From Candidatus Roizmanbacteria bacterium RIFCSPHIGHO2_12_FULL_37_23 (lineage in GTDB: Bacteria > Patescibacteriota > Microgenomatia > UBA1406 > HO2-37-13b): 64,000 nucleotides of DNA. The stretch lies in the NCBI GenBank assembly GCA_001788095.1, contig MFZX01000031.1:9736-73735 (forward strand), given 5' to 3'. The translations under genes and the position numbers were made by a program. Below, in pieces: positions 56,057 to 64,000 of the stretch. Position 1 is the first letter of the stretch, and every line of letters begins with the position of its first letter. The notes under the pieces are model-generated. The model worked only from the letters and a program-made list of their open reading frames with translations, searched no databases and was not told the DNA's origin.

Positions 56057-57505
56057 ATGGATATATTTTCTTTACACAAACTAACCCTCACTACGAAAAC
56101 CCTCTCTTTAATAACAATCGTCTTTATCTTCCTCGCGTTCTGGTATAAAACTTCCATATTTCTTGATCCTGACTTTGGCTGGGAGATACGTATGGGACAA
56201 TATATTTTAAAAAACGGTATTCCATACACCGATCCGCTCTCCTACACTATGCCAAGCTACCCCATAATCGCACATTACTGGCTTAGTAGCAGCCTTATTA
56301 CACGAATTTATCCTGTCTTCGGATATGTCGGTCTTGCTGGTATTGTTTCTTGCTTTTCTTTACTTGCCATGCTTATTCTTGTCCCCCGAAAAGGATTTTC
56401 ACTTAGCCTCATTCCTCTCTTACTAGCTACTTCTGGACTTTTTTCATATGCAAGCGTACGACCACATTTTTTTACCTGGCTTTTCCTCGCTTTCATATTT
56501 CGAATTACTACCGATAAAATGTTATGGAAAAAATACTGTTGGTATATCCCTCTTCTTTTTATACTTTGGACTAATATACATGGGGGCTTTGCAGCGGGCC
56601 TTTTCTTAATCTTAATTAAGCTCATCGTTGATGCATGGCATGAGAAAAAAATAAATAAACAAATCGCGCTTATCAGCACCCTTTCAATCGTTGCTACATT
56701 TATTAATCCTTATGGAATATATGTGTGGAGAGAAATATTTATCACCATCTTCGATCCTGGAACACGGATAGGAATAAACGAATGGCAACCATTTATTTCT
56801 CGATTATCGCTCATCCACGCGCCTGTATTAGTGTTACCGCTTGTACTTTTTGCTCGATACTTCCGCTCATTCACACTTTTAGAAAAATGTTTTTTCGTGA
56901 TACTTCTCATTAATGGTTTTTCAAGCAGTAAGATGTACCCCATGTGGCTTCTCTACAGCATATATTTCTCAACAAAAGGACTTCTGTTTCTAACATACGA
57001 AGTAAAAAACAATAAAATTGCATCGCAGAAACTTAATATTATTCTATCTTGCCTCCTGATTATTGCAGGCACATATACTTCCACGTATGGTTTTCGGGTT
57101 TATACGATTTATAAACAACTATCTGAAGAGAGATTTTATCCCAAAAAAGCGGTTGAATTTATAAAATTACATCCTACTCAAGGCCATATTTTTAGCTCAT
57201 TTTCGTGGGGAGGATACGTGTTATGGAAACTGCCCGAGCATAAAACGTTTGTAGATGGAAGAATGCCACATTGGGAAAATCAAAATGCTTCAAATTCTGA
57301 AAGTAAAAAGGCAATAGATGATTTCCAAAAAATTCTTAAAACTGAACTCGCATTTGATAATATAGCTTCAAAATATACAATTGATACACTGCTTCTTCCG
57401 AAAGAATACCGGAAGAAATTCAAAAAGTTCTTCCTAGCTCTTAAAAAAGACGATTGGAAGACTATCTACAAAGACGATATATCAGTCATCTTAAGGAAAG
57501 ATTAA
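56057..57505 (+). CDS. GT-C-like polytopic membrane protein
   Basis: DPDFGWEIRMG, VRPH, WTNIHGGF, INPYG, WGGY, FVDGR. Confidence 0.8.
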   Translation: MDIFSLHKLTLTTKTLSLITIVFIFLAFWYKTSIFLDPDFGWEIRMGQYILKNGIPYTDPLSYTMPSYPIIAHYWLSSSLITRIYPVFGYVGLAGIVSCFSLLAMLILVPRKGFSLSLIPLLLATSGLFSYASVRPHFFTWLFLAFIFRITTDKMLWKKYCWYIPLLFILWTNIHGGFAAGLFLILIKLIVDAWHEKKINKQIALISTLSIVATFINPYGIYVWREIFITIFDPGTRIGINEWQPFISRLSLIHAPVLVLPLVLFARYFRSFTLLEKCFFVILLINGFSSSKMYPMWLLYSIYFSTKGLLFLTYEVKNNKIASQKLNIILSCLLIIAGTYTSTYGFRVYTIYKQLSEERFYPKKAVEFIKLHPTQGHIFSSFSWGGYVLWKLPEHKTFVDGRMPHWENQNASNSESKKAIDDFQKILKTELAFDNIASKYTIDTLLLPKEYRKKFKKFFLALKKDDWKTIYKDDISVILRKD

Positions 57506-57513
57506 CCTCAACT

Positions 57514-57552
57514 TAGCCTCAAATCCCACCTCGGGAGTGGGATTTGAGGCTA
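57514..57552. repeat. REP-like family A copy
   Basis: tagcctcaaatcccacctcgggagtgggatttgaggcta. Confidence 0.9.
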
Positions 57553-57601
57553 GAGCATGGGCATGCAACCTTAGAGGCTGACAATATGCTACAATATCCG
57601 T

Positions 57602-58534
57602 ATGAAAAAGGACTTTCTGCTTTCGGTTGTTATTCCAGTATTTAACGAAGAAGGAAATATAAATACACTTCTGAAAGAACTCATTCCAATTGTTTCCACC
57701 TACGAATATGAGATTATTTTTGTAAATGACGGATCCCAGGATAAAACAGAAGAGGAAATAAAAGTTTTTGCCCAAGAAAATAAAAACATTAAGCTCATTT
57801 CATTTACGCGTAACTTTGGCCATCAAACAGCACTTACCTGTGGATACCAATACACCAAAGGTGACTGCGTAGTAACTATTGACGCTGACCTTCAAGATCC
57901 TCCAGAACTTATTCATGAAATGGTTAAAAAGTGGGAAAAAGGGTTCAAAATTGTTTACGCGAAACGAAAAATGCGTGAAGAATCGCTTTTTAAAACTTTG
58001 ACCGCTGATTTTTTTTACAACGTAATTAATATGCTCTCTCAAACGCCAATCCCACGAAATGTTGGTGATTTTAGACTCATTGACAAACATGTTGTTGAAC
58101 TCCTCAATCATATGCCAGAACGATTTAGATTTTTACGAGGCATGGTGGCTTGGGGAGGCTTTCCATCAACCTATGTTTATTTCGATCGTAAGAAAAGGTT
58201 AACTGGTGAAACACACTATCCTCTTTCAAAAATGATTGGTTTTGCACTAAATGGCATTGTTTCTTTCTCAACAAGACCGCTTCGCATAGCGATATATGTA
58301 GGTATACTTGCATCAATTATTGGAATAGTAGGTATTATTTACGCGATATATCGAAGGCTCTTTCTCCCATCTGCCTATTGGGTTCCTGGATGGACGGCCA
58401 CGTTCGTAGCAATAATGTTTTTTGGCGGAGTGCAGCTCATTACTATTGGAATCATTGGAGAATATATTGGAAAGATATACTCGGAGATTCAAGGTCGACC
58501 GCAGTATTTAGTAAAAGAAAAAGTCAATATTTGA
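57602..58534 (+). CDS. GT2 polyprenol-phosphate glycosyltransferase (GtrB-like)
   Basis: SVVIPVFNEE, NDGSQD, RNFGHQ, DADLQDPP, GDFRL, two C-terminal TM. Confidence 0.92.
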   Translation: MKKDFLLSVVIPVFNEEGNINTLLKELIPIVSTYEYEIIFVNDGSQDKTEEEIKVFAQENKNIKLISFTRNFGHQTALTCGYQYTKGDCVVTIDADLQDPPELIHEMVKKWEKGFKIVYAKRKMREESLFKTLTADFFYNVINMLSQTPIPRNVGDFRLIDKHVVELLNHMPERFRFLRGMVAWGGFPSTYVYFDRKKRLTGETHYPLSKMIGFALNGIVSFSTRPLRIAIYVGILASIIGIVGIIYAIYRRLFLPSAYWVPGWTATFVAIMFFGGVQLITIGIIGEYIGKIYSEIQGRPQYLVKEKVNI

Positions 58535-58582
58535 GACTGGAGAGTTAACTTTCAAATCTCCATTTTCAAATCTCAAATCATT

Positions 58583-58732
58583 ATGCGTCGTGTCGGATAT
58601 CTACTTATCGCAATCGGGCTCGCTTTATTGGTTTTTCTGGGCTATTCCTATTGGAGACAGCGAAGCCGCTTTATAACACCTATTCCTGAAGATAAAGGAG
58701 TAAAAGTAATATTTATTACACCGGGAAGTTAA
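58583..58732 (+). CDS. small single-TM protein (49 aa, not in the ORF track)
   Basis: MRRVGYLLIAIGLALLVFLGYSYWRQRSRFITPIPEDKGVKVIFITPGS. Confidence 0.65.
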   Translation: MRRVGYLLIAIGLALLVFLGYSYWRQRSRFITPIPEDKGVKVIFITPGS

Positions 58733-58735
58733 ATC

Positions 58736-59122
58736 CTACGGTGTATCTCCGGGTATTTCGAACTCAAGGATACTGTGTTCTAATCCAAGAAGGATATTTA
58801 TTGCGTTTAAAATAAGATACGAACCTAAGAATAGTGCTGTTCCAATCAGAGCATACTTTAAGGTTCCTTGCGCCTTTTTAACACGCTCCGGATCTCCACC
58901 AGAAGTTAAATAGAAAAATGAGCCTACAACAAACATGATAAAAAGTACTAATACAACAAGTCCTGAGGAAAGAATTAATATATTACTGAATACCACCTCG
59001 AGACATTTAAGTGTTGGAACACCATCGACTACACACGAATTCCCTTCGAGGCTTTCTATTTGGGCATACGCAGAAAAAGAAGGAAGTAGAGAAAAGAATC
59101 TGCTTGAAGCTGATAATGGCAT
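58736..59122 (-). CDS. VirB2/TrbC-like pilin
   Basis: Signal, two TM separated by YLTSGGDPERVKKA. Confidence 0.8.
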   Translation of the reverse strand: MPLSASSRFFSLLPSFSAYAQIESLEGNSCVVDGVPTLKCLEVVFSNILILSSGLVVLVLFIMFVVGSFFYLTSGGDPERVKKAQGTLKYALIGTALFLGSYLILNAINILLGLEHSILEFEIPGDTP

Positions 59123-59124
59123 TT

Positions 59125-59553
59125 TTATGGTGTACCTGGGGGTTCCAAAAGATTTGGCAACGTAACCGGGCATGAAATACCGAAACATAGTTGCTGATCA
59201 AAAACAATCTGCTCAAGACTCCACATAACCGTTAAGGTCGTAATAATAACCAACACGCCTACAAGAGCAGCTATAATCTTACCTCGTGCCGCAGCAACAT
59301 TATCCTTATCTCCACCTGAAGTTACCCAAGCTAATGCTCCCCAAAGTAGAAAAAAGAGCGCTGCGATACCTGCAATAACGAAAAAGAGTCGTACCATGAA
59401 CGAAAGTAATTCTCCAAAGGTTGGTACAGAAAATCCAAGGTCTACTTCGTTAATCTGTATATCTCCTGGAGCAGGTTGAGCATAAACTGAAGAAGAAAGC
59501 TTCATCAAAAAAAGAAATGCCGTTGCAAAAAAGCTTGTTAGAATAGTACGCAT
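59125..59553 (-). CDS. VirB2/TrbC-like pilin
   Basis: WVTSGGDKDNVAAARGKIIAALVG. Confidence 0.82.
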   Translation of the reverse strand: MRTILTSFFATAFLFLMKLSSSVYAQPAPGDIQINEVDLGFSVPTFGELLSFMVRLFFVIAGIAALFFLLWGALAWVTSGGDKDNVAAARGKIIAALVGVLVIITTLTVMWSLEQIVFDQQLCFGISCPVTLPNLLEPPGTP

Positions 59554-59641
59554 AGTTTTAGTATAAATGAATTTTTTCGATTGTCAAGGAGAAAATAGCA
59601 AGGTATTGAAAGTTAAACTGATTTCTGCTATACTACAGGCT

Positions 59642-60097
59642 ATGGATGACGCTAAACGTGTTTTTGCTATATTTGCAGCTCTTCTACTCATAATTATTAT
59701 CATTGGAGTAGTTGTGAATCGAGTCGCTAAAGAAAAAGGAAATATTCCTATTATTGGAGGCGCTCTGGAAAGAGTCCTGTTCCCTAATAGACCTACTCCT
59801 AAACCTGAAGAAAAGGAGCTTGTCGAAAAGACTGATAGTAATAAAGAACCGGCTCAGGGTTCGGATGGTTCAATCATCATTAAAAAAACGACTAGCTCAC
59901 AAGATTCTCAATTAACAGAATCAATTAATGAAAGCGCTGGCCAAACACTTGGTGGAACCTCTTCTGATTCCACTCAATCTAAAGGAGGACAACAGGCTAA
60001 TTCGATTCCAGCTACAGGTGCTCCTGCCGCTATCATCATCTTCTCTCTCTCAGGTCTCGTGAGCGGCTTATATCTGAAACGAAAAGCTTCAATTTAA
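59642..60097 (+). CDS. membrane protein with C-terminal IPATG, TM and basic tail
   Basis: TGCTATACT before ATG; IPATG-hydrophobic-KRK. Confidence 0.75.
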   Translation: MDDAKRVFAIFAALLLIIIIIGVVVNRVAKEKGNIPIIGGALERVLFPNRPTPKPEEKELVEKTDSNKEPAQGSDGSIIIKKTTSSQDSQLTESINESAGQTLGGTSSDSTQSKGGQQANSIPATGAPAAIIIFSLSGLVSGLYLKRKASI

Positions 60098-60168
60098 AGC
60101 TACACTCCTAACTCACCTACACTCTGAGTCTAAGAAAATGCGAATAGACATGTGAAGAGATTTTTATC

Positions 60169-60705
60169 TTACCCAAATCCTGGTAATCCTAATCCTGTTG
60201 AGATCACTCGAAGTATAAATACTGAGAAAAGCGCGAATAATAACCCGATAATTGCTCCATAAATGATGCGCTTACCGTAATTCAAACGTGCTGGATCTGA
60301 ACGTGATGTGGCAACAACCCCTGCGCCATAGAGGAAGAAAAGAAATGCAATTCCCCCTATTATGGAAAAGAAAAAACTTGAAACTGCGGTTGCAAACTCC
60401 CCTGGGAGAGTTGATATACAACCGAAATCTGTATAAAAATGTTCAGGATCCGGTGTTGGTAAACCAATAAGAGTACTATTTGAACTTGGATCTATATCTC
60501 CTTCTCCAAATCCGCGATAGAGACATCGGCGGCAGTCCTGCCATCTGCCTGGAAGTATTGCTCCCTCACAGTATCCACACACATCACAATTTGCTTTACC
60601 AATATATGGCGTCGGTGTTGGTGTGGGAGGTTGCTGCGCATTAGCTGGAAAGACATTCACAAATAGTGAAGTAACAAGAATAAGTAATAAAAAGATTTTA
60701 TTCAT
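60169..60705 (-). CDS. VirB2/TrbC-like pilin with Cys-rich N-domain
   Basis: CDVCGYC..CRRC; ATSRSDPARLNYGKRIIYGAIIG. Confidence 0.75.
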   Translation of the reverse strand: MNKIFLLLILVTSLFVNVFPANAQQPPTPTPTPYIGKANCDVCGYCEGAILPGRWQDCRRCLYRGFGEGDIDPSSNSTLIGLPTPDPEHFYTDFGCISTLPGEFATAVSSFFFSIIGGIAFLFFLYGAGVVATSRSDPARLNYGKRIIYGAIIGLLFALFSVFILRVISTGLGLPGFG

Positions 60706-60841
60706 AGGACTTGATTCATTATATATCACTCTACTTTGATTATGCAAAAATTGGTATATACCGACCGTAGCCGCGATTAAATCGGGGCGAAGGGGTATAG
60801 TCAATGTTTGGGAAATTTTGCAATTGTTCTATAATAATCGT

Positions 60842-62521
60842 ATGCAAAAAATTCTTGGAGCTCTTTTTATTACAATAATATTTTTTGGGTTATGCTTTTC
60901 CGTAAACGCAGACGAGCTTGATGATATCAGTCATGAACTTGATAAGCTGAATAGAGAACTCGAGGATTCAAAAAAAGCAACAAAACCTCTTGAAGAGGAT
61001 CTTGACAGACTTCGTAAACAACTTTCAAATATCAAATCTCAAATATCAAATATCGAATCCGATATTGTCCTAAGAGAAAAACAGATTGTTACCGCAGAAA
61101 AAGCTTTAGAAAAACAAAAGGAAATAATTGATGAACGAATTAACGCACATTATAAAAATATTAAAAAAGCAGAAGCATCTTTGATTGATATCCTTATTAC
61201 AGATAACCTTTCCATCTCTCTTCAGAATTTTTTCTACCAAAAAAAAGCAGCGGATAATGATAAACAGACAATACTCCGCATCGTCCTTTATATCAAAAAT
61301 ATTGACGATAAAAAAACAGAGCTCGCTTCAGAAAAAAATAGATTGGCTCAAGTAAAACAAACTGTAGACGAGCAATCGCAATTTCTCTCAGGTGAAATAG
61401 GAAAAGCAAAGGACTTTCAAGCTGAATTATCAGGACGTATCGCGTCATTGACCACCCGTCAGCAACAATTGATTGGGCAGAAACTGGCGAGCTTAAATAT
61501 TCCCCGTTCGGCTGGTACGTCTTCCCGAGGATGCTCAAGCGATCTTACAAACGGCCGCGATCCCGGATTTTCTCCTGCAATAGGTTTCTTTACATATGGA
61601 GCTCCACACCGTAATGGCATGAATCAATATGGTGCTTGGGGACGAGCTAAATCAGGACAAAACGAAGAACAGATTCTCGCAGAATACTATCCGAATATGA
61701 GTTTGAAAAAGGATTTTGACCAAGGAACTCAAATTAATGTTGATGGATATGGAACATTCTCTATCGAAGATTATGTGAGGCGCATTTATGAAGTTCCAGA
61801 TTCGTGGACTGACAATAATCTTGCTGTACTTAAAGCGCAAGCAGTCGCAGCAAGAACGTATGGTCTTAATTCTATGCAAAGGAACGGTCATATTTGTACA
61901 ACAGAAGCATGCCAAGTATTTAAGGCCGAACCAAAAGGTGGTAATTGGGAACAAGCTGTTGAAGCTACAAAAGGATGGGTGCTAATGGATGGAGGAAATC
62001 CTGGATTTACACAGTATGCTTCAACACATGGTGGTTATATATTAAATCTTGGAAAGTTTGATGGTTCAGGAGGAAATCCGACAAATTTTTCAGAACTTAA
62101 CGAACGAGCGTATGATAGAGAATCTCCATGGTTTTATTGCAATTGGGGAGCTCGAAGCCAATACGGGGGCACTGCATGGCTCAAGTCCGAAGAAGTTGCT
62201 GATATCGCAAATGTGATTCTCCTTGCACGATATTCTGACGTTGATAAAGAACATCTATATCAAGTTGATAAACCAAATCCCGCAGGAAAAGAAACATGGG
62301 ATGCGGAAAAAGTAAAATCTGAAATTCGTGCTCGTGGAGGTAATCCCGTAGGAGATGGTTCAAATACATCGGTATCTGTCGATTTTGGCTCAGGAAAAAC
62401 TTCTTCTGTAAATGTTGGAGGTACGAGTTTCGACGCAGGCGAATTTAAGGATTGGTTTAATCTTCGAGCACCTGCAAATATCCAGATCGTCGGTCCTTTA
62501 TTTAATGTGGAGAAGAAGTAG
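60842..62521 (+). CDS. secreted coiled-coil plus SpoIID/LytB domain peptidoglycan hydrolase
   Basis: HRNGMNQYGA, EVPDSW, LKAQAVAARTY, ICTTEACQVF. Confidence 0.88.
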   Translation: MQKILGALFITIIFFGLCFSVNADELDDISHELDKLNRELEDSKKATKPLEEDLDRLRKQLSNIKSQISNIESDIVLREKQIVTAEKALEKQKEIIDERINAHYKNIKKAEASLIDILITDNLSISLQNFFYQKKAADNDKQTILRIVLYIKNIDDKKTELASEKNRLAQVKQTVDEQSQFLSGEIGKAKDFQAELSGRIASLTTRQQQLIGQKLASLNIPRSAGTSSRGCSSDLTNGRDPGFSPAIGFFTYGAPHRNGMNQYGAWGRAKSGQNEEQILAEYYPNMSLKKDFDQGTQINVDGYGTFSIEDYVRRIYEVPDSWTDNNLAVLKAQAVAARTYGLNSMQRNGHICTTEACQVFKAEPKGGNWEQAVEATKGWVLMDGGNPGFTQYASTHGGYILNLGKFDGSGGNPTNFSELNERAYDRESPWFYCNWGARSQYGGTAWLKSEEVADIANVILLARYSDVDKEHLYQVDKPNPAGKETWDAEKVKSEIRARGGNPVGDGSNTSVSVDFGSGKTSSVNVGGTSFDAGEFKDWFNLRAPANIQIVGPLFNVEKK

Positions 62522-63482
62522 CTGAAAATATCTTTCTAACAATATCCTCTATTTTCTCTTCATAAATATTAAGGTCTACGAATTCAATATTTTTAGTAAT
62601 TTTTTCGATTGTCTTTGAAATCTCACTTCTTTTTACTTGAAAAAAAAGTCGCGGAAATTCAATTTCAATATTGTTATCTAACTTTTCCAAAACTTTAACA
62701 TCGGGCATATCCTCAACTATGACTTCGATTGTCTTCTTTGTTGCATATTTTTTAATCAACTTTTCTAGATAGCCATCATAAATAATTTTTCCATGATCTA
62801 TAATCATAACTCGCTTGCAGAGTTCTCGAACATCTTCCATATAATGACTTGTTAATAAAATCGTTGCACCATACAAGCGCTGATAATCTTTGATGAAATC
62901 CCGAATCGTTTTTTGTGCAACGATATCAAGACCGATGGTTGGCTCATCTAAAAATAGAACTTTTGGCCGATGAAGAAGTGATGCAATAAGCTCCATCTTC
63001 ATACGCTGACCAAGTGATAATGTTTTAGCAGGCTGATATATAATTTTTTTAGCATCAAGGAGTTCGGTCAATTCATTAAGTGTTTTTGTATATACTTGAT
63101 CGGGAATTTCGTAAATTTCTTTATTCAATCTAAATGTATCAATTGCTGGGAGCTCCCATAAAAGCTGGTTTCTCTGCCCCATAACAAAAGCAATCTGCTT
63201 GAGAAATGCTCTTTGTTTTTCAAAGGGAGTAAAATCTAAAACATTTAATACTCCTTTTGTTGGGAAAAGAATGCCAGCAAGCATCTTCATAGTTGTTGTC
63301 TTTCCTGCACCATTTGGGCCCAAGAAACCAACCAATTCCCCTTGTTCAATTTCAAATGAAATATTATCAACCGCTGTAGTCATCTCGTATTGGCGGTGAA
63401 ATGTATTTCGCACAAAATCAAGAAGCCCTTCCGTGTGTTTGGTGGTCCTATAAGTCTTGGTAAGATTCTTAACCGAAATCAT
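62502..63482 (-). CDS. ABC transporter ATP-binding protein
   Basis: GPNGAGKTT, LSLGQ, FLDEPT, TSH. Confidence 0.95.
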   Translation of the reverse strand: MISVKNLTKTYRTTKHTEGLLDFVRNTFHRQYEMTTAVDNISFEIEQGELVGFLGPNGAGKTTTMKMLAGILFPTKGVLNVLDFTPFEKQRAFLKQIAFVMGQRNQLLWELPAIDTFRLNKEIYEIPDQVYTKTLNELTELLDAKKIIYQPAKTLSLGQRMKMELIASLLHRPKVLFLDEPTIGLDIVAQKTIRDFIKDYQRLYGATILLTSHYMEDVRELCKRVMIIDHGKIIYDGYLEKLIKKYATKKTIEVIVEDMPDVKVLEKLDNNIEIEFPRLFFQVKRSEISKTIEKITKNIEFVDLNIYEEKIEDIVRKIFSATSSPH

Positions 63483-63546
63483 AGAGCTAGTATACAGGAA
63501 AACATATGTAGGATAAATTCTTTAGATTAATACGAAAAGCAGTAAA

Positions 63547-63999
63547 TTACCAAGGACACTGATATATTTGAGGACAGACCATGCATCCCTGAACCAATCT
63601 TGTTCGACATTGACTTGCACAAAAATAGTAGGCTCTGCATTTTATATTTGAGTCACATGATGGTGCATCAGGATAAGTTTTACACATATTATCTACTTCT
63701 TCAGCACTTGGACATACTGGAGAATCACAATAATAATACCCTCCATCTCCTCTCGGATATTGGTTACAATTACCGCCACCTTTTATCGTACAAAGCAAAC
63801 TGCAAGCTTGATTAACAGCGCTTTCAATAGATGGTTTAGATAAACTTGGCGAGTAATACTGCCAAAATTTACATTTAAACCCGGTGTCCGTAACACTCTC
63901 GTAATTACAGCATACCTCTTTAGCATATTCTTCATCCGCACCTGATCCTGAAGGGATATTATATTCTCTTCCATCTGTGCAACGTATTAAATCAGATCC
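63547..63999 (-). CDS. C-terminal part of a Cys-rich protein starting beyond the window
   Basis: Frame is open from 63999 (GSDLIRCTDGREY...CPQIYQCPW). Confidence 0.75.
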   Translation of the reverse strand, partial: GSDLIRCTDGREYNIPSGSGADEEYAKEVCCNYESVTDTGFKCKFWQYYSPSLSKPSIESAVNQACSLLCTIKGGGNCNQYPRGDGGYYYCDSPVCPSAEEVDNMCKTYPDAPSCDSNIKCRAYYFCASQCRTRLVQGCMVCPQIYQCPW

Positions 64000-64000
64000 T

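Noticed and set aside
10529-57552. CRISPR array from the 35-bp palindromes
   Set aside because: Copies are dispersed, with no regular spacers and no cas genes

Overview
AT-rich bacterial chromosome segment that looks like Patescibacteria (CPR), probably Microgenomates-type. This is inferred from the gene mix: a VirD4/HerA-like ATPase, VirB2-like pilins, GT-C glycosyltransferases, PT-rich surface proteins and mostly leaderless genes. About 50 ordinary CDS (ppsA, ychF, tatD, rpiA, rpe, mrdA, metG, dprA, argS, rnhA, Xer-type recombinase, surface and glycosylation genes), one tRNA-fMet and several REP-like palindrome families, some inserted in-frame in proteins. Two unexplained systems stand out. 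(1) Five dispersed transcription units (1-146, 13200-14358, 26309-27978, 28261-29510, 52381-53510) share one grammar: -10 promoter, usually a hairpin, an rrn-type boxA, then SD-led ORFs. In the four complete units the RNA is GC-rich and heavily structured and its two ends can base-pair like a pre-rRNA processing stem. Cargo: small Zn-finger proteins, a secreted protein, a hyper-acidic protein and PlsY. (2) A 68-nt tRNA-like RNA with alanine identity (G3:U70, A73) but no normal anticodon arm at 751-818, followed by a separately promoted small RNA complementary to it over 27 bp. All structures were paired by eye and no database searches were run.
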